DNA of 64,000 bases from Centroscyllium fabricii (Eukaryota), in the NCBI GenBank assembly GCA_051313645.2, contig JBNRSN020000031.1, positions 36,084,001 through 36,148,000 of the forward strand, in the 5' to 3' direction. Positions 11,075-21,905 of this stretch are shown in pieces. Position 1 is the first letter of the stretch. Every line of letters begins with the position of its first letter. The position numbers were made by a program, and so were the translations under genes. Under the pieces are notes generated by a model. The model did not search any database and had not been told where the DNA came from. It saw nothing but the letters and a program-made list of their open reading frames with translations.

Positions 11075-12376
11075 ATTGGACAGGTTGGGTGATTGGGCTG
11101 ATGCAGTATAATGTGGATAAATGTGAGGTTATCCACTTCGATGGCAAAAATAGGAAGGCAGATTATTTTATTTATTTATTTTTATTCATTGATGGAATGT
11201 GGGCGTCGCTGGCTGGCTAGGCCTGCATTTAGTGCCCATCCCTAATTGCCCTTGAGAAGATGGTGGTGAGCCACCTTCTTGAACCGCTGCAGTCTTATTG
11301 TTTTTCGCAGCGGTTGTTTACAACGGAGTGTCTCGCTGGGCCATTTCAGAGGGCATTAAGAGTCAACCACATTGCTGTGGGTCTGGAGTCACATGTAGGC
11401 CAGACCGGGTAAGGACGGCAGATTTCCTTCCCTAAAGGACATTAGTGAACCAGATGGGTTTTTGCAACAATCGACAATGGTATCATGGTCGCCATTACTA
11501 AGACTAACATTTAATTCCAGAATTAAATTGAATTGATTTTAAATTCCACCAGCTGCCGTGGTTGGATCTGAACCCATATCCTCAGAGCATTTGACTGAGC
11601 CTCTGGCTTACTAGTCTAGTGACATAACCACTACGCCACCGCCTCCCCTATTATCTGAATTGCAATAGATTGGGAGAAGGGGAAGTGCAACGAGACCCGG
11701 GTGTTCTTGTGCACCAGTCGCTGAAGGTAAGCATGCAGGTGCAGCAGGTGGTTAAGAAGGCAAATGGTATGTTGGTCTTCGTAGCGAGAGGATTCGAGTA
11801 CAGGAACAAGGAAGTCTTGCTGCAGTTGTACAGGGCCTTGGTGAGACCACACCTTGAGTATTGTGTGCAGTTTTGGTCGCCTTATCTGAGGAAGGTTGTT
11901 CTTGCCATGGAGGGATTGCAGCGAAGATTCACCAGACTGATACTTGGGATGGCAGGAATGACATATGAGGAGAGATTGGGTCAATTGGGCTTATACTCGC
12001 TGGAGTTTAGAAGAATGAGAGGGGATCTCATTGAGACTTATAACAGGACTAGACTGACTAGATGCAGGAAGGATGTTCCCGATGGTCGGGGAATCCTGAA
12101 CCAGGGGTCACAGTCTAAGGATAAGGGGTAAGCCATTTAGGGCAGAGATGAGGAGGAATTTCTTCACCCAGAGAGTGGTGAACCTGTGGAATTCTCTACC
12201 AGAGAAGGCAGTTGAGGCCAATTCATTAAATATATTCAAGAGTTAGATATATTTCTTAAGGCTAAAGGGATACGGGGACAGGGTACTGAGTTTGGGTGAT
12301 CAGCCATGATCTGAATGAATGGTGAAGCAGGCTCGAGGGGCAGAATGGCCTACTTCTCCTATCTTCTATGTTTCTA
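11075..12376 (+). mobile_element. CR1 3' fragment (degenerate), interrupted by a tRNA SINE
   Basis: RPHLEYCVQFWSPYL..RGDLIETY; tail GGCCTACTTCTCCTATCTTCTATGTTTCTAT. Confidence 0.88.
11165..11648 (-). mobile_element. tRNA-derived SINE whose 3' ~120 nt match the LINE end at 55685-55805
   Basis: Minus-strand head GGGAGGCGGTGGCGTAGTGGTTA (A box) ..GGTTCAGATCC (B box); tail CAGCGGTTCAAGAAGG..AAGGGCAATTAGGGATGGGCAC. Confidence 0.78.
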
Positions 12377-12709
12377 TCTCTCACTCCTATCTCTCTCTCT
12401 CTTTCTTTCTTTCTCTCTCTCTCTCCTATCCTTTCTCTTTTATGCTACCCCCTCCCCCCCGGCCCCACACACATACTTCCCTGGCTGCAGATATTTATTC
12501 TTGGCAACAACAAAAAAAGTAGTCTGCTGTATTTCTGCCATTTTAGATTTTGTGTCTGGAAGGAGCTACTTGACCTGACTTGTCAGTTTTCAGCTAATTG
12601 CCAATTCAGTAAGTGGAGAATCAGCTCTTTGCCTGGCCCTTGGAGCTAAAGCGGAAGCAGCAATGACTGGTATTTAACTAGGCCCCTCGACCTCCCTCAG
12701 CCACAAAAG

Positions 12710-13339
12710 GCTGGTGGCCATTTTGACTGCTCTGCGCATGCGCTTATCGTTGGGGGAGGCTCGGTAAGGCCCGGCTCAGGGAGCCCCGGCTCGGCTCAGG
12801 AAGGCCCGGTCCGGGATGGTTCGCCAGCGCATGCGCAGATCATTACAAACTTCGTGGCGGTCATGGTGAATGATCTGCGCATGCGCTCGCCGTTCAGCGG
12901 CGCATGCGCAGATTGACGTATCGTCAATAATCTAATAAAACTAAAGACGAGTAGTTACCTTAACTCAAGGCTTTTATTAGCTTACAATGGAGCTATGCTC
13001 CGATCGAACATCAGGTACAGAATGAATGGGGGCCGGTCAGTCCCCACCTATAAGGCACTCACCTGAGGGGAGGAGTTAGAGGTGTGGCTGACCTGGCCCC
13101 ACGACAGTGTCGCAACACAGGACAGTTGCATCATGCACCCGACCGCTATACGTACAGATAATATTGGATACAATATTATGGTGGTAATTACAATACATAC
13201 AACGGTTACCACACACATCATTCACTGAAGCATCAATCACGGCGGCCATTTTGCGCATGCGCAGGGCAGTCGGGGCAATTTGTTCCGGAAGACTGAAGCT
13301 GCCGGCTTATCGGGTAACGGATTAACGGTGCACAACCTG
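12710..13339. mobile_element. Tigger/pogo-like MITE (left end lost) containing a solo LTR
   Basis: Right TIR GGTGCACAACCTG followed by TA; body homologous to 24499-25075. Confidence 0.75.
12914..13213 (-). mobile_element. Solo LTR
   Basis: TG..CA termini; 5-bp TSD CAGAT/CACAT (1 mismatch); ends match solo LTR 47030-47316 in reverse. Confidence 0.8.
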
Positions 13340-13344
13340 TACCT

Positions 13345-13772
13345 TGTAAATGTGATGAGGGTTTCTGCCTCGACCACCCTTTCGGGCAGTGAGTTCCAGA
13401 CCCCCACCACCCTCTGGGTGAGAAACGTTCTCCTCAACTCCCCTCTAATCCTTCGACCAATTACTTTAAATCTCTGCCCCCTGGTTATTGACCTCGCTGG
13501 AAGTGGGTACTTCTGGGAATATAGGGCCAGAGTAATCTCCTGGACTAGTTTCGATCATCTAGATGGATCAGCGAGGAAATTCCCAGATTTTCTTCCCCCC
13601 ACAAATTGGCCTGGAGTTTTTATCTCTTTTTTGCCTTTCCCAGGAGATCCCATGTTTTGGGGTGGGGTGGCGAGTGTATATATTGTGATACACAAGGTAT
13701 CGCCATTGTGTGAGACAGGCTGGATGGAGCAGAGGGTCGTTACCTGTTGCTCATTGTTCGTATGTTTGTATG
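13345..13772. mobile_element. Two CR1 3' fragments in opposite orientations
   Basis: 13345-13495 minus (FTQRVVGVWNSLP); 13500-13772 plus, a 3' UTR homologous to 20010-20190 and 32715-32865. Confidence 0.6.
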
Positions 13773-13879
13773 GGTATTGGCAGAATTGGATCCAGTTATA
13801 ATGCCCCGGTGGTCAGCACACTCGCTAGCGCGGTTCAAGCGTGAATGATGGCCCTTGACTAAGGTACCACAGGGCACCT

Positions 13880-15163
13880 GTGAAGCTGGATCCTTGACTT
13901 CCTGTCGGGCCATCACCAGATGGTGAGGATGGGCAGCATCACCTCCTCTCCACTGACCCTTAACACGGGAGTCCCCCAGGGATGTGTGCTCAGTCCTCTC
14001 CTGTACTCCCTGTACACCCACGACTGCGTGGCCACGCAGAGCTCCAACGTCATCATCAAATTCGCGGATGACACGACGGTGGCGGGCCTGATCTCCAACG
14101 GCGACGAGACAGCCTACAGGGGTGAGGTTAGAGCCCTGACACATTGGTGCCAGGAAAACAACCTCTCCCTCAACATCAACAAGACCAAGGAGCTGATTGT
14201 GGACTTCAGGAAGCGGGGAGGAGCACACACCCCAATCACCATCGACGGGACTGCAGTAGAGAGGGTCAGCAGCTTCAACTTCCTCAGTGTACACATCACC
14301 GAGGACCTCACATGGACTGAACATACCAGAAATGTGATGAAGAAAGCACAACAACGCCTCTTCAACCTCTGACCTCTGAAAAAGTTCGGCATGAGCCCCC
14401 GCATCCTCAGGTCGTTCTACAGCAGCACCATTGAAAGCATCCTGACTGGCTGCATCACCGCCTGGGACGGGAGCTGCACTGCCCTCAACCCCAAAGCATT
14501 GCAGAGGGTGGTGCGGACGGCCCAGCACATCACTGGAGGTGAGCTTCCCTCCCTCCAGGACACCTACACCAGTCGCTGTCTGTTGAAGACCCGGAGGATC
14601 ATCAGGGACTCCAGTCACCCAAGACACAGACTGTTCTTGCTGCTACCGTCTGGCAGACGGTGTCGCAGCATCAGGTCCCGGACCAGCAGACTCCAGGACA
14701 GCTTCTACCACCAGGCCATCAGGCTGCTGAACAGCTAACAACGGCTCACTGCAACAGCCCGGGGCCAGCACTCCCCGCTCTCCCCCCACCCCCCCCCACC
14801 CCCCGGTCAGTATACGGTGAATCACCGAGAGGCACCTCACCACCGCATCCTACTGCTCCCTTCACCATTGCACCCTACCACCACCGCACCTTCACTCCAC
14901 CCAGAACCCTCACACCTCGACACCCTTACCTACACTCCGCACTTTTGCTCAAACCCACCTGTGTATTTTTTTTGTATTTATATTGTATATTTACCAGTGT
15001 GTATATTTACCAGTGTGTATATTTTGTAAACTTGTAACTTTGTAAATTTGGTTTGATGATTTTTTTTTTGTTACTGCACTGTTAAGGAGCTCCACACTCA
15101 GGTTTTTCACTCGCATTTATACCTGTATATCTGTGACGTGACAAGAAACAAATCTGAATCTGA
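13880..15163 (+). mobile_element. Rex1/Babar LINE 3' fragment
   Basis: [56 protein letters not shown]; tail GTGACAAGAAAC(AATCTG)n. Confidence 0.92.
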
Positions 15164-17025
15164 AGCTGTACCCTGTAAAGAATCCGCCCCTTCACGAGAG
15201 GGGGCTGAAGAGTGGGGGTGAAGTTTGTCATCAGTTAGGATCTGAGTGATTATTCCCTACAATGTAATTTTTCTTCAGAAGGGTATTGCTAACCACATTC
15301 TCTGTTTGAAATAAAATGTTCTTTCTGTCCACTGAACTGTAAAAGGCTGCAGTTAAATCTCTTGAATAACAGCCAAACAAAACTTACTCAAACCCTTGGT
15401 TGTTTCATATCAAACTCCAACCCACCCCTCCCCCTTCCATTATTCAGCAAACTAGGTCACCCAATCACTGTATGAAAAGAATCTTCATTGGCTGACAGAC
15501 ATTTGAATTGGAGCCTGACCACTTTGGCAGAGAGGTGAATGAGTATCTCAATGATTCAAGGGGACAGATCAAGAGCTCCCGAAAGGCCGAGTGGTTAGAA
15601 GGCATTTCCTGTTCATACTAAGCTATGCAAACCAGAAGGTTCCAGGCATGCCATGGTCAGTGCTGGTCTCGACAGGGCAGGCAGGGCGTTGCAATGGGCG
15701 TCACTACCCATGGGCCAGGGAGGGAAAACTCAGGCAGCGGTCCTTCTCCTGACTGCTCCTGACCAACACCCGCCGGACGCACGTGGCTGCGCGCGAACAC
15801 GAGGTGAAGATAAAGCATCTGGCCGTGTTACTCTCCAGGATCGAGTAGCCAGCCGACACTCTCACTCTCTCGTACGTGAAGGGTGGCCATTTGGACGAGG
15901 CACTGGAAAGCTGTCGGCACGATTGCTCCGTACCCCGCCAGTCGTCAGTCGGCCCCCAGGAGAGCAGCAAATTAGAGGGTGGGGTGAAGTAAATTGATAT
16001 AATTAAAGAAAGCTTTCCCGTGAAGTGCGCTACATCTACAGGTTCCCTTTTATCCACCCTGCTCGTTACATCTTCAAAGAACTGTAATAAATTTGTCAAA
16101 CACAATTTTCCTTTCATAAAACCATGTTGACTCTGCTTGATTGTCTTAAGATTTTCTAAAGGTCCTGCTACTGCTTCCTTAATAATGGATTCCAGCATTT
16201 TCCCAGTGACAGATGTTAGGCTAACTGGCCGATAGTTTCCTGCTTTCTGTCTCCCCTCCTTTCTTGAATAGGGGCATTACAGTTACGGTTTCTAAAACAT
16301 TTCCCAATCTTCTGGCCTACCACTAATATTCACAACGTTGTCTGCCTTTTCTTTCAATTTGATACACTCCTTAACTTCCTTCGTTAGCCACAGATGGTTC
16401 ATCCTACTCATAGGGGGTCAATTTTCCTGGAGCCGACAGACGGCTTTTTCGGTGGCCGGAGAGGGAAAATCGCTAAAACGGGGGGGTCGCGGCCCTTTCC
16501 AGAGTCCAGGGAATTTTGAAGATTACAACCAATGCATCCACAATCTCTGCAGCCACTTCTTTTAAGACCCTAGGATGCAGGCCATCAGGCCCAGGGGACT
16601 TGTCGGCCTTTCGTCCCATTAGTTTGACGAGTACTTTTTCTCTAGTGATAGTCATTGTTTTAAGTTCCTCCCTCCCTTTTGCCCCTTGAAGACAGATATA
16701 AAATATTTGTTCAAAGTCTCCGCCATTTCCTTGTTTCCCATTATTAATTCCCTAGTCTCATCCTCTAAGGGGCCAACGTTTACTTCAGCTACTCTCTTTC
16801 TTTTTATATACCTGTAGAAGCTCTTACTGTCTGTTTTTATATTTCTTGCTAGCTTACTCTCAATCTATTTTCTCCCTTTTTTTTAGTCATCCTTTTGCAA
16901 GTTTCTAAAACATTTCCCAATCTTCTGGCCTACCACTAATATTCACAACGTTGTCTGCCTTTTCTTTCAATTTGATGCACTCCTTAACTTCCTTCGTTAG
17001 CCACAGATGGTTCATCCTACTCATA

Positions 17026-18194
17026 GGGGGTCAATTTTCCTGGAGCCGACAGACGGCTTTTTCGGTGGCCGGAGAGGGAAAATCGCTAAAACGGGGGGGT
17101 CGCGGCCCCTCCCGCCGGTTTCCCGCCAGCTTGTCAGTTTCACCCGGTGGGTCCGATCAGCCCGCTTCAGTCCCGCCCGGCATCGGCGGGGATGGTCGTT
17201 CGGCTCATTGGGGCCCTTAATTGGCATCTGTAGTGCTATTTTAAGGGCTTTTCCCACGCAAAACCCACCGTTGAAACCTGGCAGAGACACATTCGGCTTG
17301 GTGACTTCCACCTTCAAGGCATTGAAGCACCTGCTGCAGAATGGCTTCCTGGCCTCCAGCATGCTGGAGGTCTAACTGTCTCCCTAGGGTGCCCAAGATT
17401 AGTGTGAAAAAACCTTTAAAAAAAACTTACCTTCCAGCTGCTTCCTAGTGCTTGACAGTGGTTAGCACTGTTGCCTCACAGCTCTGGAGAGCCGGGTTCA
17501 AATCCAGCCTCGGGTACTATCTGTGTGGAGTTTGCACATTCTCCTCGTGTCTGCGTGGGTTTCCTCCGGGTGCTCCGGTTTCCTCCCACAGTCCAAAGAT
17601 GTGCGGGTTAGGTTGATTGGCCATGATAAATTGACCCTTAGTGTTAGGGGGATTGAATATGTGGGGTTACGGGGAGAGGGTGGGATATGTGTCGGTGCAG
17701 GCTCGAGAGGGATATGGGGGACAAAGTAGGGACAGGGTACTGGGTTTGGATGATCAGCCATGATCTCATTGAATGGCGGAGCAGGCTCGAAGGGCCGAAT
17801 GGCCTACTCCTGCTCCTATCTTCTATGTTTGTTTCTATGATAGGCGTTCTGTAGCTGTCAGGAGCCTGCCAGTGAAACAAAGCACTTAGAGCTGTCAATC
17901 ATCAACTTGCCGCCAGTTTCTGTTGACAGTGGATTGTGATGTCACAATTCACTGAAACCACAGAAACAAACACACCAGACCACTGAGAGCTGTCAATCAT
18001 CGGCTCTGCTGCTTGCACAGTGGGAAGCTTTCTATCTAAAATCAATCAATTGGCAGGGGCTTCCCACACTCGGGAATTTAATTGGCCAATTGAGCCAAAA
18101 TTGCATGGGGCTCCCACACCCTTCAGAAAGCGGGAAGAAAAAGTGATCAGCGGGGAACCCACCAATTCCCCACCCCTTGAGGAAAATCGTCCCC
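17026..18194. mobile_element. GC-rich MITE, PIF/Harbinger-like; same family as 48713-49564 (opposite orientation)
   Basis: Imperfect TIRs GGGGGTCAATTTTCC / GGAAAATCGTCCCC; 3-bp TSD ATA/ATG; CR1 resumes after it. Confidence 0.7.
17456..17838 (+). mobile_element. HE1-like V-SINE
   Basis: tRNA head (GGTTAGCACTG..GGTTCAAATCC), V core TCTGTGTGGAGTTTGCAC..CCCACAGTCCAAAGA, CR1 tail. Confidence 0.92.
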
Positions 18195-18545
18195 ATGGAG
18201 TCTTTCTTTCTCACTGGAATAAATCTTTGTTGAGAGTTATGAAATACCTTCTTAAAAGTCTGCCGCTGCTTATCGACCATCTTACCCTTTAATCTATTTT
18301 CCCAGTCCACTTTAGCCAACTCTGTCTTCAGACCCTTGTAATTGCCTTTATTTAAGTTTAAGACACTAGTTTCAGACCCAGGTTTCTCACTCTCAAACTT
18401 CTATCATGTTATGATCACACTTCCCTAGAGAATCCTTTACTATGAGATCATTAATTAATCCTGTCTCATTACCCATTCCCAGATCGAAAACAGCCCGTTC
18501 CCTGGTTGGTTCCACAATGTATTGTTCTAAGGAACTGCCCATAAT

Positions 18546-18700
18546 ACACATTGCTGTTTGTGGGAGCTTGCTGTGTGTAAATCGGCTGCTGCATTTCCCT
18601 ACATTACATCAGTGACTACGCTTCAAAAAGTACTTCATTGGCTGTAAAGCGCTTTGGGACGTCCTACGGTCGTGCAAGGCACCAAGGGTGCAAGTCTTCT
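18546..18700 (+). mobile_element. DeuSINE (SacSINE1-like) 3' fragment
   Basis: CACATTGCTGTTTGTGGGAGCTTGCTGTG..GGCTGTAAAGCGCTTTGGGACGTCC. Confidence 0.8.
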
Positions 18701-18869
18701 AAAAGCCATTCTGGATTCTACTTCCACCTCGGTTGCTGTTTGGGCATTCCATGTCCTTACAACCCTCTGATTAGAAGAGTATTTTTAAATTTATACAATG
18801 TTCCCTTTAGGCTGTGCGACCGCGCCGCCCTCCGGGGATCCCATGCAGCCGGCTTTTCAGTACAAAAAA

Positions 18870-19649
18870 CAGGTTGTGCACCGAAAATCCGTAACCCGAA
18901 ACGCCGGCAGCTTCAGTCTGCCGGAACAAATTACCCCGACTGCACTGCGCATGCGCAAGATGGCAGCCGCGGCTTCGGCGAATGATCTGCGCATGCGCCG
19001 CCGAACGGCGAGCGCATGCGCAGATCATTCAAAACGGCCGCCGGACCTTCCGTGGCGTCAGGACGAAAATAAAACAACTGGAAGCGCACGGTTCCCGGCG
19101 AGCAGGCTGGCCCTGTGCGGGAGCCGGGAATGGGAATGTTGAGCGGAGTTCCTTACCCGGCTTTGCTGCTGCTGGAGTCAGTGGATGAGCGGCTGGCTGA
19201 GTGAGTGAACAGCTCCGGCTCGTGTCTCGGCAGTACTAGCATATCCAGTGAGCACTCACTCTAAAAATAGCTCCCCTCCCCCTGCACCAATCCGCACATA
19301 CACATGGCCCCACTCAGCCCCCCTCAACATCAATTACTCCTTTGCTGTGAACTCCCAAAGCCAGCCTCCCCTCTGCACCCCCGGCTCCCGGGGGCCCGGC
19401 TCTTTCGGGGCAATGGGCATCCAGAAACCTGGCTGGCGCTTTTTAAATTAGGTGCCGTGCACTTTCAGAGGACGACTAGTTGTGGACTTTTCCTGCATCG
19501 TTCGGCAGCCATTTCCAATGTTGTGCGCATGCGCGCAGCCATTTTGCATGGCGCGCGCATGCGCACTGACCGACTTCATTCTGCCGGTTTTTTCACTTTC
19601 CCGGCACGGGCCTGGGCCCGCCCGTGCCGGATTTCCGGTGCGCAACCTG
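18870..19649. mobile_element. Tigger/pogo-like MITE, apparently nested in an older MITE (~18796-19718)
   Basis: TIRs CAGGTTGTGCACCG / CGGTGCGCAACCTG followed by TA. Confidence 0.8.
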
Positions 19650-19908
19650 TATTTTGAATGGCCCATGTAGCCCCTTAAAGGGCCCACGCAGCGCCTAGAA
19701 AAATTACAGAGAATGTCGCATTTAACCTCTTTGTTGTTTTGAGGACGATCTTAAATTTAAGCCCCGTGTTTACCGACTTACTGAGCAGTGGAAACAGCTT
19801 TTCCGCAAGTAACTTTATAACTCTTAACACCTCTATTGCTGAGTAATGTGTCTACGTTTGAAGATTTTTCAAAAACTGCATCGGTCCCGCTCCTACTGTC
19901 ATTAATAT

Positions 19909-20195
19909 AAGAACATAAGAAATAGGAGCAGGAGTCGGCCAATCGTCCCCTCGAGCCCGCTCCGCCATTCAATAAGATCTTGGCTGATCTGACCCTAACC
20001 TCAAATCTACTTTCACTCACATTCCACCCGAACCCATGTGATCTCCCGGGAGAGGCAAAAAAACAGATAAAAACCCAGTGGCCAATTTGGGAGAAAAAAT
20101 CTGGGAAATTCCTCTCCGACCCATCTAGGCGATCGAAACTCGTCCAGGAGATCACTCTGGCCCTGAATTTCCTGCAGAACCTACCTTCTGTAAGA
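19909..20195 (-). mobile_element. CR1-type 3' UTR/tail fragment
   Basis: AAGAACATAAGAAATAGGAGCAGGAG tail; same composite at 32615-32865. Confidence 0.7.
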
Positions 20196-20926
20196 GGTGA
20201 CCGGGCCACACGGCCCCCGGGCCCGCTCCGCCACCCACAGGACCATGGCCGATCCGAACGTAGACTCACGTGTGTCATGTATCCACACTAATGGACCATG
20301 TACAGCAGGCACCTCAAAGCACTGGAGAGGTACCACCAACGCTGCCTCCGCAAGATCCTGCAAATCCATTGGCAGGATAGGCGCACCAACGTCCGAGTTC
20401 TCGCTCAGGCCAACATCCCCAGCATCGAAGCTTTGACCACGCTCGATCAGCTCCGACGGAAGGGCACATCGTCCGCATGCCCGATGCGAGATTCCCAAAA
20501 CAAGCGCTCTACTCGGAGCTCCGACACGGCAAGAGAGCCCCGGGTGGGCAGAGGAAACGCTTCAAGGACACCCTCGAAGCCTCCTTGGAAAAAGTGTAGC
20601 ATCCCCACCGACACCTGGGAATCCCTGGCCCAAGACCGCACAAAGTGGAGGAGAAGCATCCGGGAAGGCGCCAAACACCTCGAGTCTCTTAGCCGGGAGC
20701 AAGCGGAAGCCGAGCGCAAACAGCGAAAGGAGCGCACGTCAACCCAGGCACCCCAAGAAAAACAATCCAGTATTTAGATTCACAGTCATCTATACCCAGT
20801 GCAAAGAAAGAAAATACTTGGGAGCATGAAAAACCTTGAGCGTCCCATCTCTGATCTATCAACCGCCGTCTGCCCCACCTGTGACAGAGACTGTGGGTCT
20901 CGCACTGGACTCGTCAGTCACCTGAG

Positions 20927-21905
20927 TGATGCGCAAATCAATCATGCCAGTCGTTGGTGAAAAGCAATTGAATGCTTTTATTCACAAAGAACAGAACCTA
21001 GTCTGCGATGAGTCCGCCCGGAATGAGAGCCAGGTGGGCGGAGCATTCTCCTTTATACCCATACCCAGAGGCAGGGTCAGCCGGTCCAGGTCCTTACAGA
21101 AAGGCACAGATTTATCAACACAAACTATATACAGGTTGTGCACCGAAAATCCGTGTCCCGAAAAGCCGGCAGCTTCAGTCTGCCGGCACAAATTGCCCCG
21201 ACTGCACTGCGCATGCGCAAGATGGCAGCCGCCATCGCGGCTTCGGCGAATGATCTGCGCATGCGCCGCTGAACAGTGAGCGCATGCGCAAATCATTCAA
21301 AACGGCTGACGGGTGTTTTGAATGATCTGCGCATGCGTCGCCGGACGGCTAGCGCATGCGCAGATAATTCAATATGGCCGCCGGTTATTTTCTCGACAGC
21401 TGAGCCCCGTGACTGAGGCGGACAGTCACTAGGCAACAGCTGTCAGCCTGAGTCCGGCTCGGCAGCAGCAGCAACCCCAAAGGCGATGGAGAGGGAAGGC
21501 GGACCTACTGGGCCCGACCCGCACCCGCACAACCCTCCTTCCCCCCCGCCCCCCGCAAGACCAGCCTTTCACTGCTGCCTGACAGCCCTAAAAGGCAAAC
21601 GGAACGCCACACAAGCCTGAGCCCCTCAAAAAACTTCGCGGCGGCCATTATTGGATGATCTGCGCATGCGTGCGCCAGCCATCCCCAATGTTGTGCGCAT
21701 GCGCGCGGCCATTTTGAATGGTGCGCACATGCGCAGTGTCCAACTTCGTTCTCCCGGTTTTTTCAGTTTCCCGGCACGGGCCTGGTCCCGCCCGTGGCGA
21801 ATTAATGGTGCACAACCTGTACAATGATCCAGAAAGGCACAGACATACCAACCTAACTATATACAACAATAGCACAGTGTGAACCACACCAAATGGTTCA
21901 TCACA
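20927..21905 (-). mobile_element. Solo LTR (~290 bp) containing a Tigger-like MITE
   Basis: TG..CA termini; perfect 5-bp TSD CTGAG; AATAAA on the minus strand. Confidence 0.85.
21132..21819. mobile_element. Tigger/pogo-like MITE
   Basis: TIRs CAGGTTGTGCACC / GGTGCACAACCTG; TA TSD on both sides. Confidence 0.9.

Larger units (their letters stand above)
16015..18545 (-). mobile_element. Degenerate CR1 ORF2 fragment interrupted by a MITE and a local duplication
   Basis: SQHGFMKGK, KSPGPDGLHPRVLKE and VDWENRL in minus-strand ORFs. Confidence 0.85.
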
